From Eledone cirrhosa (Eukaryota), in assembly GCA_964016885.1 (NCBI GenBank), contig OZ024747.1, positions 52,452,001 to 52,516,000 on the forward strand: 64,000 nt of DNA. The letters run 5' to 3'. The translations under genes were made by a program, and so were the position numbers. Position 1 is the stretch's first letter, and each line of letters begins with the position of its first letter. The notes below the pieces were generated by a model. It worked only from the letters and a program-made list of their open reading frames with translations, made no database searches and was not told the DNA's origin. Below are positions 27,201-39,744 of the stretch, piece after piece.

Positions 27201-30200
27201 GTAGAGTAAAACAGAGAGAACCAGTACATAGAACAGAGTCGGTGTAGAGTAAAACAGAGAGAACCAGTACATAGGACAGAGTCACTGTAGAGTAAAACAG
27301 AGAGAACTAGTACATAGGACAGAGTCAGAGTAGAGTAAAACAGAGAGAACCAGTACATAGAACAGAGTCGGTGTAGAGTAAAACAGAGAGAACCAGTACA
27401 TAGGACAGAGTCACTGTAGAGTAAAACAGAGAGAACTAGTACATAGGACAGAGTCGGTGTAGAGTAAAACATAGAGAACCAGTACATAGGACAGAGTTGA
27501 TGTAGGGAAAAACAGAGAGAACCAGTACATAGGACAGAGTTGGTGTAGAGTAAAACAGAGAGAACCAGTACATAGGAGAGTCAGAGTAGAGTAAAACAGA
27601 GAGAACCAGTACATAGAACAGAGTCGGTGTAGAGTAAAAAAGAGAACCAGTACATAGGACAGAGTTGGTGTAGAGTAAAACAGAGAGAACCAGTACATAG
27701 GACAGAGTTGGTGTAGAGTAAAACAGAGAGAACCAGTACATATGACAGAGTAGGTGTAGAGTAAAACAGAGAGAACCAGTACATAGGACAGAGTTGGTGT
27801 AGAGTAAAACAGAGAGAACCAGTACGTAGCACAGAGTCGGTGTAGAGTAAAACAGAGAGAACCAGTACATAGGACAGTGTTGGTGTAGAGTAAAACAGAG
27901 AGAACCAGTACGTAGCACAGAGTCGGTGTAGAGTAAAACAGAGAGAACCAGTACGTAGCACAGAGTCGGTGTAGAGTAAAACAGAGAGAACCAGTACATA
28001 GGACAGTGTTGGTGTAGAGTAAAACAGAGAGAACCAGTACATAGGACAGTGTTGGTGTAGAGTAAAACAGAGAGAACCAGTACATAGCACAAAGTCGCTG
28101 TAGAGTAAAACAGAGAGAACCAGTACATAGGACAGTGTTGGTGTAGAGTAAAACAGAGAGAACCAGTACATAGGACAGAGTCACTGTAGCGTAAAACAGA
28201 GAGAACTAGTACATAGGACAGAGTCAGAGTAGAGTAAAACAGAGAGAGCCAGTACATAGAACAGAGTCGGTGTAGAGTAAAACAGAGAGAACCAGTACAT
28301 AGGACAGAGTTGGTGTAGAGTAAAACAGAGAGAACTAGTACATAGGACAGAGTCAGAGTAGAGTAAAACAGAGAGAACCAGTACATAGGACAGAGTCGGT
28401 GTAGAGTAAAACAGAGAACCAGTACATAGGACAGAGTCAGTGTAGAGTAAAACAGAGAGAACCAGTACATAGGACAGAGTTGGTGTAGAGTAAAACAGAG
28501 AGAACCAGTACACAGGACAGAGTTGGTGTAGAGTAAAACAGAGAGAACCAGTACATAGGACAGAGAGAACCAGTACATATGACAGAGTAGGTGTAGAGTA
28601 AAACAGAGAGAACCAGTACATAGGACAGAGTCGGTGTAGAGTAAAACAGAGAGAACCAGTACATAGGACAGAGTTGATGTAGGGTAAAACAGAGAGAACC
28701 AGTACATAGGACAGAGTTGGTGTAGAGTAAAACAGAGAGAACCAGTACATAGGAGAGTCAGAGTAGAGTAAAACAGAGAGAACCAGTACATAGAACAGAG
28801 TCGGTGTAGAGTAAAACAGAAACCAGTACATAGGACAGAGTCAGTGTAGAGTAAAACAGAGAGAACCAGTACATAGGACAGAGTTGGTGTAGAGTAAAAC
28901 AGAGAGAACCAGCACGTAGCACAGAGTCGGTGTAGAGTAAAACAGAGAGAACCAGTACATAGGACAGTGTTGGTGTAGAGTAAAACAGAGAGAACCAGTA
29001 CATAGGACAGTGTTGGTGTAGAGTAAAACAGAGATAACCAGCACGTAGCACAGAGTCGGTGTAGAGTAAAACAGAGAGAACCAGTACATAGGACAGTGTT
29101 GGTGTAGAGTAAAACAGAGAGAACCAGTACATAGGACAGTGTTGGTGTAGAGTAAAACAGAGAGAACCAGTACGTAGCACAGAGTCGGTGTAGAATAAAA
29201 CAGAGAGAACCAGTACATAGGACAGTGTTGGTGTAGAGTAAAACAGAGAGAACCAGTACGTAGCACAGAGTCGGTGTAGAGTAAAACAGAGAGAACCAGT
29301 ACGTAGCACAGAGTCGGTGTAGAGTAAAACAGAGAGAACCAGTACATAGGACAGTGTTGGTGTAGAGTAAAACAGAGAGAACCAGTACATAGGACAGTGT
29401 TGGTGTAGAGTAAAACAGAGAGAACCAGTACGTAGCACAGTGTTGGTGTAGAGTAAAACAGAGAGAACCAGTACGTAGCACAGAGTCGGTGTAGAGTAAA
29501 ACAGAGAGAACCAGTACGTAGCACAGAGTCGGTGTAGAGTAAAACAGAGAGAACCAGTACGTAGCACAGAGTCGGTGTAGAGTAAAACAGAGAGAACCAG
29601 TACATAGAACAGAGTCGGTGTAGAGTAAAACAGAGAGAACCAGTACATAGGACAGAGTCACTGTAGAGTAAAACAGAGAGAACTAGTACATAGGACAGAG
29701 TCAGAGTAGAGTAAAACAGAGAGAACCAGTACATAGAACAGAGTCGGTGTAGAGTAAAACAGAGAGAACCAGTACATAGGACAGAGTCACTGTAGAGTAA
29801 AACAGAGAGAACTAGTACATAGGACAGAGTCGGTGTAGAGTAAAACATAGAGAACCAGTACATAGGACAGAGTTGATGTAGGGAAAAACAGAGAGAACCA
29901 GTACATAGGACAGAGTTGGTGTAGAGTAAAACAGAGAGAACCAGTACATAGGAGAGTCAGAGTAGAGTAAAACAGAGAGAACCAGTACATAGAACAGAGT
30001 CGGTGTAGAGTAAAAAAGAGAACCAGTACATAGGACAGAGTTGGTGTAGAGTAAAACAGAGAGAACCAGTACATAGGACAGAGTTGGTGTAGAGTAAAAC
30101 AGAGAGAACCAGTACATATGACAGAGTAGGTGTAGAGTAAAACAGAGAGAACCAGTACATAGGACAGAGTTGGTGTAGAGTAAAACAGAGAGAACCAGTA

Positions 30201-33174
30201 CGTAGCACAGAGTCGGTGTAGAGTAAAACAGAGAGAACCAGTACATAGGACAGTGTTGGTGTAGAGTAAAACAGAGAGAACCAGTACGTAGCACAGAGTC
30301 GGTGTAGAGTAAAACAGAGAGAACCAGTACGTAGCACAGAGTCGGTGTAGAGTAAAACAGAGAGAACCAGTACATAGGACAGTGTTGGTGTAGAGTAAAA
30401 CAGAGAGAACCAGTACATAGGACAGTGTTGGTGTAGAGTAAAACAGAGAGAACCAGTACATAGCACAAAGTCGCTGTAGAGTAAAACAGAGAGAACCAGT
30501 ACATAGGACAGTGTTGGTGTAGAGTAAAACAGAGAGAACCAGTACATAGGACAGAGTCACTGTAGCGTAAAACAGAGAGAACTAGTACATAGGACAGAGT
30601 CAGAGTAGAGTAAAACAGAGAGAGCCAGTACATAGAACAGAGTCGGTGTAGAGTAAAACAGAGAGAACCAGTACATAGGACAGAGTTGGTGTAGAGTAAA
30701 ACAGAGAGAACTAGTACATAGGACAGAGTCAGAGTAGAGTAAAACAGAGAGAACCAGTACATAGGACAGAGTCGGTGTAGAGTAAAACAGAGAACCAGTA
30801 CATAGGACAGAGTCAGTGTAGAGTAAAACAGAGAGAACCAGTACATAGGACAGAGTTGGTGTAGAGTAAAACAGAGAGAACCAGTACACAGGACAGAGTT
30901 GGTGTAGAGTAAAACAGAGAGAACCAGTACATAGGACAGAGAGAACCAGTACATATGACAGAGTAGGTGTAGAGTAAAACAGAGAGAACCAGTACATAGG
31001 ACAGAGTCGGTGTAGAGTAAAACAGAGAGAACCAGTACGTAGCACAGAGTCGGTGTAGAGTAAAACAGAGAGAACCAGTACATAGGACAGTGTTGGTGTA
31101 GAGTAAAACAGAGAGAACCAGTACATAGGACAGTGTTGGTGTAGAGTAAAACAGAGAGAACCAGTACGTAGCACAGAGTCGCTGTAGAGTAAAACAGAGA
31201 GAACCAGTACATAGGACAGTGTTGGTGTAGAGTAAAACAGAGAGAACCAGTACATAGGAGAGTCAGAGTAGAGTAAAACAGAGAGAACCAGTACATAGAA
31301 CAGAGTCGGTGTAGAGTAAAACAGAGAACCAGTACATAGGACAGAGTCAGTGTAGAGTAAAACAGAGAGAACCAGTATATAGGACAGAGTCGGTGTAGAG
31401 TAAAACAGAGAGAACCAGTACATAGGACAGAGTCAGAGTAGAGTAAAACAGAGACAGCCAGTACATAGAACAGAGTCGGTGTAGAGTAAAACAGAGAGAA
31501 CCAGTACTTAGGACAGAGTCACTGTAGAGTAAAACAGAGAGAACTAGTACATAGAACAGAGTCAGAGTAGAGTAAAACAGAGAGAACCAGTACATAGGAC
31601 AGAGTCGGTGTAGAGTAAAACGGAGAGAACCAGTACATAAGACAGAGTTGGTGTAGGGTAAAACAGAGAGAACTAGTACATAGGACAGAGTTGGTGTAGT
31701 GTAAAACAGAGAGAACCAGTACATAGGACAGAGTCGGTGTAGAGTAAAACATAGAGAACCAGTACATAGGACAGAGTTGGTGTAGAGTAAAACAGAGAGA
31801 ACCAGTACATATGACAGAGTTGATGTAGGGTAAAACAGAGAGAACCAGTACATAGGACAGAGTTGATGTAGGGTAAAACAGAGAGAACCAGTACATAGGA
31901 CAGAGTTGGTGTAGAGTAAAACAGAGAGAACCAGTACATAGGAGAGTCAGAGTAGAGTAAAACAGAGAGAACCAGTACATAGAACAGAGTCGGTGTAGAG
32001 TAAAACAGAGAACCAGTACATAGGACAGAGTCAGTGTAGAGTAAAACAGAGAGAACCAGTACATAGGACAGTGTTGGTGTAGAGTAAAACAGAGAGAACC
32101 AGTACGTAGCACAGAGTCGGTGTAGAGTAAAACAGAGAGAACCAGTACGTAGCACAGAGTCGCTGTAGAGTAAAACAGAGAGAACCAGTACATAGGACAG
32201 TGTTGGTGTAGAGTAAAACAGAGAGAACCAGTACGTAGCACAGAGTCGGTGTAGAGTAAAACAGAGAGAACCAGTACATAGGACAGTGTTGGTGTAGAGT
32301 AAAACAGAGAGAACCAGTACGTAGCACAGAGTCGGTGTAGAGTAAAACAGAGAGAAGCAGTACGTAGCACAGAGTCGGTGTAGAGTAAAACAGAGAGAAC
32401 CAGTACATAGGACAGTGTTGGTGTAGAGTAAAACAGAGAGAACCAGTACATAGGACAGTGTTGGTGTAGAGTAAAACAGAGAGAACCAGTACGTAGCACA
32501 GAGTCGCTGTAGAGTAAAACAGAGAGAACCAGTACATAGGACAGTGTTGGTGTAGAGTAAAACAGAGAGAACCAGTACATAGGACAGAGTCACTGTAGAG
32601 TAAAACAGAGAGAACTAGTACATAGGACAGAGTCAGAGTAGAGTAAAACAGAGAGAGCCAGTACATAGAACAGAGTCGGTGTAGAGTAAAACAGAGAGAA
32701 CCAGTACATAGGACAGAGTTGGTGTAGAGTAAAACAGAGAGAACTAGTACATAGGACAGAGTCAGAGTAGAGTAAAACAGAGAGAACCAGTACATAGGAC
32801 AGAGTCGGTGTAGAGTAAAACAGAGAGAACCAGTACGTAGCACAGAGTCGGTGTAGAGTAAAACAGAGAGAACCAGTACATAGGACAGTGTTGGTGTAGA
32901 GTAAAACAGAGAGAACCAGTACATAGGACAGTGTTGGTGTAGAGTAAAACAGAGAGAACCAGTACGTAGCACAGAGTCGCTGTAGAGTAAAACAGAGAGA
33001 ACCAGTACATAGGACAGTGTTGGTGTAGAGTAAAACAGAGAGAACCAGTACATAGGAGAGTCAGAGTAGAGTAAAACAGAGAGAACCAGTACATAGAACA
33101 GAGTCGGTGTAGAGTAAAACAGAGAACCAGTACATAGGACAGAGTCAGTGTAGAGTAAAACAGAGAGAACCAGT
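17830..33174. repeat. Large near-tandem duplication: 17830-24224 copied to 24362-33174 (offset 6532, then 6531, then 8950 after an internal duplication)
   Basis: ORF pairs 18048/24580, 18736/25268 (6532), 19934/26465, 20880/27411 (6531), 22397/31347 and 22569/31519 (8950 = 6531+2376+43). AGATCT at 19187/25719. Confidence 0.9.
26280..31030. repeat. Tandem duplication, period 2376 bp, nested in the second copy of the 6.5-kb duplication
   Basis: ORF pairs 26382/28758, 26465/28841 and 27411/29787. The 40-bp monomer 'cagaaaccag' is at 26441/28817 and the 22-bp monomer at 28549/30925. Confidence 0.92.
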
Positions 33175-34239
33175 ATATAGGACAGAGTCGGTGTAGAGTA
33201 AAACAGAGAGAACCAGTACATAGGACAGAGTCAGAGTAGAGTAAAACAGAGAGAGCCAGTACATAGAACAGAGTCGGTGTAGAGTAAAACAGAGAGAACC
33301 AGTACTTAGGACAGAGTCACTGTAGAGTAAAACAGAGAGAACTAGTACATAGAACAGAGTCAGAGTAGAGTAAAACAGAGAGAACCAGTACATAGGACAG
33401 AGTCGGTGTAGAGTAAAACGGAGAGAACCAGTACATAGGACAGAGTTGGTGTAGGGTAAAACAGAGAGAACTAGTACATAGGACAGAGTTGGTGTAGTGT
33501 AAAACAGAGAGAACCAGTACATAGGACAGAGTCGGTGTAGAGTAAAACATAGAGAACCAGTACATAGGACAGAGTTGGTGTAGAGTAAAACAGAGAGAAC
33601 CAGTACATATGACAGAGTTGATGTAGGGTAAAACAGAGAGAACCAGTACATAGGACAGAGTTGATGTAGGGTAAAACAGAGAGAACCAGTACATAGGACA
33701 GAGTTGGTGTAGAGTAAAACAGAGAGAACCAGTACATAGGAGAGTCAGAGTAGAGTAAAACAGAGAGAACCAGTACATAGAACAGAGTCGGTGTAGAGTA
33801 AAACAGAGAACCAGTACATAGGACAGAGTCAGTGTAGCGTAAAACAGAGAGAACCAGTATATAGGACAGAGTCGGTGTAGAGTAAAACAGAGAGAACCAG
33901 TACATAGGACAGTGTTGGTGTAGAGTAAAACAGAGAGAACCAGTACGTAGCACAGAGTCGGTGTAGAGTAAAACAGAGAGAACCAGTACGTAGCACAGAG
34001 TCGCTGTAGAGTAAAACAGAGAGAACCAGTACATAGGACAGTGTTGGTGTAGAGTAAAACAGAGAGAACCAGTACGTAGCACAGAGTCGGTGTAGAGTAA
34101 AACAGAGAGAACCAGTACATAGGACAGTGTTGGTGTAGAGTAAAACAGAGAGAACCAGTACGTAGCACAGAGTCGGTGTAGAGTAAAACAGAGAGAACCA
34201 GTACGTAGCACAGAGTCGGTGTAGAGTAAAACAGAGAGA

Positions 34240-37200
34240 ACCAGTACATAGGACAGTGTTGGTGTAGAGTAAAACAGAGAGAACCAGTACATAGGACAGA
34301 GTCACTGTAGAGTAAAACAGAGAGAACTAGTACATAGGACAGAGTCAGAGTAGAGTAAAACAGAGAGAGCCAGTACATAGAACAGAGTCGGTGTAGAGTA
34401 AAACAGAGAGAACCAGTACATAGGACAGAGTTGGTGTAGAGTAAAACAGAGAGAACTAGTACATAGGACAGAGTCGGTGTAGAGTAAAACAGAGAGAAGC
34501 AGTACATAGGACAGAGTTGGTGTAGGGTAAAACAGAGAGAACCAGTACGTAGCACAGAGTCGGTGTAGACTAAAACAGAGAGAACCAGTACATAGGACAG
34601 TGTTGGTGTAGAGTAAAACAGAGAGAACCAGTACGTAGCACAGAGTCGGTGTAGAGTAAAACAGAGAGAACCAGTACGTAGCACAGAGTCGGTGTAGAGT
34701 AAAACAGAGAGAACCAGTACATAGGACAGTGTTGGTGTAGAGTAAAACAGAGAGAACCAGTACATAGGACAGTGTTGGTGTAGAGTAAAACAGAGAGAAC
34801 CAGTACGTAGCACAGAGTCGCTGTAGAGTAAAACAGAGAGAACCAGTACATAGGACAGTGTTGGTGTAGAGTAAAACAGAGAGAACCAGTTCATAGGACA
34901 GAGTCACTGTAGAGTAAAACAGAGAGAACCAGTACATATGACAGAGTCACTGTAGAGTAAAACAGAGAGAACCAGTACATAGGACAGAGTCACTGTAGAG
35001 TAAAACAGAGAAAACTAGTACATAGGACAGAGTCAGAGTAGAGTAAAACAGAGAGAGCCAGTACATAGAACAAAGTCGGTGTAGAGTAAAACAGAGAGAA
35101 CCAGTACATAGGACAGAGTCGGTGTAGAGTAAAACATAGAGAACCAGTACATAGGACAGTGTTGGTGTAGAGTAAAACAGAGAGAACCAGTACATAGGAC
35201 AGTGTTGGTGTAGAGTAAAACAGAGAGAACCAGTACGTAGCACAGAGTCGCTGTAGAGTAAAACAGAGAGAACCAGTACATAGGACAGTGTTGGTGTAGA
35301 GTAAAACAGAGAGAACCAGTACATAGGAGAGTCAGAGTAGAGTAAAACAGAGAGAACCAGTACATAGAACAGAGTCGGTGTAGAGTAAAACAGAGAACCA
35401 GTACATAGGACAGAGTCAGTGTAGAGTAAAACAGAGAGAACCAGTATATAGGACAGAGTCGGTGTAGAGTAAAACAGAGAGAACCAGTACATAGGACAGA
35501 GTCAGAGTAGAGTAAAACAGAGAGAGCCAGTACATAGAACAGAGTCGGTGTAGAGTAAAACAGAGAGAACCAGTACTTAGGACAGAGTCACTGTAGAGTA
35601 AAACAGAGAGAACTAGTACATAGGACAGAGTCAGAGTAGAGTAAAACAGAGAGAACCAGTACATAGGACAGAGTCGGTGTAGAGTAAAACAGAGAGAACC
35701 AGTACATAGGACAGAGTTGGTGTAGGGTAAAACAGAGAGAACTAGTACATAGGACAGAGTTGGTGTAGTGTAAAACAGAGAGAACCAGTACATAGGACAG
35801 AGTCGGTGTAGAGTAAAACATAGAGAACCAGTACATAGGACAGAGTTGGTGTAGAGTAAAACAGAGAGAACCAGTACATAGGACAGAGTTGATGTAGGGT
35901 AAAACAGAGAGAACCAGTACATAGGACAGAGTTGATGTAGGGTAAAACAGAGAGAACCAGTACATAGGACAGAGTTGGTGTAGAGTAAAACAGAGAGAAC
36001 CAGTACATAGGAGAGTCAGAGTAGAGTAAAACAGAGAGAACCAGTACATAGAACAGAGTCGGTGTAGAGTAAAACAGAGAACCAGTACATAGGACAGAGT
36101 CAGTGTAGAGTAAAACAGAGAGAACCAGTATATAGGACAGAGTTGGTGTAGAGTAAAACAGAGAGAACCAGTACATAGGACAGTGTTGGTGTAGAGTAAA
36201 ACAGAGAGAACCAGTACGTAGCACAGAGTCGGTGTAGAGTAAAACAGAGAGAACCAGTACGTAGCACAGAGTCGGTGTAGAGTAAAATAGAGAGAACCAG
36301 TACATAGGACAGAGTTAGTGTAGAGTAAAACAGAGAGAACCAGTACATAGGACAGTGTTGGTGTAGAGTAAAACAGAGAGAACCAGTACATAGGACAGAG
36401 TAGGTGTAGTGTAAAACAGAGAACAGAGAGAACCAGTACATAGGACAGTGTTGGTGTAGAGTAAAACAGAGAGAACCAGTACGTAGCACAGAGTCGGTGT
36501 AGAGTAAAACAGAGAGAACCAGTACGTAGCACAGAGTCGGTGTAGAGTAAAACAGAGAGAACCAGTACATAGGACAGTGTTGGTGTTGAGTAAAACAGAG
36601 AGAACCAGTACGTAGCACAGAGTCGGTGTAGAGTAAAACAGAGAGAACCAGTACATAGGACAGTGTTGGTGTAGAGTAAAACAGAGAGAGCCAGTACGTA
36701 GCACAGAGTCGGTGTAGAGTAAAACAGAGAGAACCAGTACGTAGCACAGAGTCGGTGTAGAGTAAAACAGAGAGAACCAGTACATAGGACAGTGTTGGTG
36801 TAGAGTAAAACAGAGAGAACCAGTACATAGGACAGAGTTGCTGTAGGGTAAAACAGAGAGAACCAGTACATAGGACAGAGTTGGTGTAGAGTAAAACAGA
36901 GAGAACCAGTACATAGGACAGAGTCGGTGTAGAGTAAAACAGAGAACCAGTACATAGGACAGAGTCAGTGTAGAGTAAAACAGAGAGAACCAGTACATAG
37001 GACAGAGTTGGTGTAGAGTAAAACAGAGAGAACCAGTACACAGGACAGAGTTGGTGTAGAGTAAAACAGAGAGAACCAGTACATAGGACAGAGTTAGTGT
37101 AGAGTAAAACAGAGAGAACCAGTACATATGACAGAGTAGGTGTAGAGTAAAACAGAGAGAACCAGTACATAGGACAGAGTCGGTGTAGAGTAAAACAGAG

Positions 37201-38730
37201 AGAACCAGTACATAGGACAGTGTTGGTGTAGAGTAAAACAGAGAGAACCAGTACATAGGACAGTGTTGGTGTAGAGTAAAACAGAGAGAACCAGTACATA
37301 GGACAGAGTAGGTGTAGTGTAAAACAGAGAACAGAGAGAACCAGTACATAGGACAGTGTTGGTGTAGAGTAAAACAGAGAGAACCAGTACGTAGCACAGT
37401 GTTGGTGTAGAGTAAAACAGAGAGAACCAGTACATAGGACAGAGTCAGTGTAGAGTAAAACAGAGAGAACCAGTACATAGGACAGTGTTGGTGTAGAGTA
37501 AAACAGAGAGAACCAGTACGTAGCACAGAGTCGGTGTAGAGTAAAACAGAGAGAACCAGTACATAGGACAGTGTTGGTGTAGAGTAAAACAGAGAGAACC
37601 AGTACGTAGCACAGAGTCGGTGTAGAGTAAAACAGAGAGAACCAGTACGTAGCACAGAGTCGGTGTAGAGTAAAACAGAGAGAACCAGTACATAGGACAG
37701 TGTTGGTGTAGAGTAAAACAGAGAGAACCAGTACATAGGACAGTGTTGGTGTAGAGTAAAACAGAGAGAACCAGTACGTAGCACAGAGTCGCTGTAGAGT
37801 AAAACAGAGAGAACCAGTACATAGGACAGTGTTGGTGTAGAGTAAAACAGAGAGAACCAGTACATAGGACAGAGTCACTGTAGAGTAAAACAGAGAGAAC
37901 TAGTACATAGGACAGAGTCAGAGTAGAGTAAAACAGAGAGAGCCAGTACATAGAACAGAGTCGGTGTAGAGTAAAACAGAGAGAACCAGTACATAGGACA
38001 GAGTTGGTGTAGAGTAAAACAGAGAGAACTAGTACATAGGACAGAGTCGGTGTAGAGTAAAACAGAGAGAAGCAGTACATAGGACAGAGTTGGTGTAGGG
38101 TAAAACAGAGAGAACCAGTACGTAGCACAGAGTCGGTGTAGACTAAAACAGAGAGAACCAGTACATAGGACAGTGTTGGTGTAGAGTAAAACAGAGAGAA
38201 CCAGTACGTAGCACAGAGTCGGTGTAGAGTAAAACAGAGAGAACCAGTACGTAGCACAGAGTCGGTGTAGAGTAAAACAGAGAGAACCAGTACATAGGAC
38301 AGTGTTGGTGTAGAGTAAAACAGAGAGAACCAGTACATAGGACAGTGTTGGTGTAGAGTAAAACAGAGAGAACCAGTACGTAGCACAGAGTCGCTGTAGA
38401 GTAAAACAGAGAGAACCAGTACATAGGACAGTGTTGGTGTAGAGTAAAACAGAGAGAACCAGTTCATAGGACAGAGTCACTGTAGAGTAAAACAGAGAGA
38501 ACCAGTACATATGACAGAGTCACTGTAGAGTAAAACAGAGAGAACCAGTACATAGGACAGAGTCACTGTAGAGTAAAACAGAGAGAACTAGTACATAGGA
38601 CAGAGTCAGAGTAGAGTAAAACAGAGAGAGCCAGTACATAGAACAAAGTCGGTGTAGAGTAAAACAGAGAGAACCAGTACATAGGACAGAGTCGGTGTAG
38701 AGTAAAACATAGAGAACCAGTACATAGGAC
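34240..38730. repeat. Dispersed duplication of an about 0.9-kb block (about 34240-35155 and 37815-38730; offset 3573)
   Basis: ORFs 34302..34937 and 37875..38510 are identical. Private markers gtagactaaaa (about 34569/38142), cagttcatagg (about 34890/38463) and aacaaagtc (about 35071/38644) pair at this offset. Confidence 0.88.
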
Positions 38731-39744
38731 AGAGTTGATGTAGGGTAAAACAGAGAGAACCAGTACATAGGACAGAGTTGGTGTAGAGTAAAACAGAGAG
38801 AACCAGTACATAGGAGAGTCAGAGTAGAGTAAAACAGAGAGAACCAGTACATAGGACAGAGTCAGTGTAGAGTAAAACAGAGAGAACCAGTACATAGGAC
38901 AGTGTTGGTGTAGAGTAAAACAGAGAGAACCAGTACATAGGACAGTGTTGGTGTAGAGTAAAACAGAGAGAACCAGTACGTAGCACAGAGTCGGTGTAGA
39001 GTAAAACAGAGAGAACCAGTACGTAGCACAGAGTCGGTGTAGAGTAAAACAGAGAGAACCAGTACATAGGACACTGTTGGTGTAGAGTAAAACAGAGAGA
39101 ATCAGTACATAGGACAGTGTTGGTGTAGAGTAAAACAGAGAGAACCAGTACATAGGACAGAGTAGGTGTAGTGTAAAACAGAGAACAGAGAGAACCAGTA
39201 CATAGGACAGTGTTGGTGTAGAGTAAAACAGAGAGAACCAGTACGTAGCACAGAGTCGGTGTAGAGTAAAACAGAGAACCAGTACGTAGCACAGAGTCGG
39301 TGTAGAGTAAAACAGAGAACCAGTACGTAGCACAGAGTCGGTGTAGAGTAAAACAGAGAGAACCAGTACATAGGACAGTGTTGGTGTAGAGTAAAACAGA
39401 GAGAACCAGTACGTAGCACAGAGTCGGTGTAGAGTAAAACAGAGAGAACCAGTACGTAGCACAGAGTCGGTGTAGAGTAAAACAGAGAGAACTATTACAT
39501 AGGACAGAGTCAGAGTAGAGTAAAACAGAGAGAACCAGTACATAGGACAGAGTTGATGTAGGGTAAAACAGAGAGAACTAGTACATAGGACAGAGTTGGT
39601 GTAGTGCAAAACAGAGAGAACCAGTACATAGGACAGAGTCGGTGTAGAGTAAAACATAGAGAACCAGTACATAGGACAGAGTCAGTGTAGAGTAAAACAG
39701 AGAAAACCAGTACATAGGACAGAGTTGGTGTAGAGTAAAACAGA

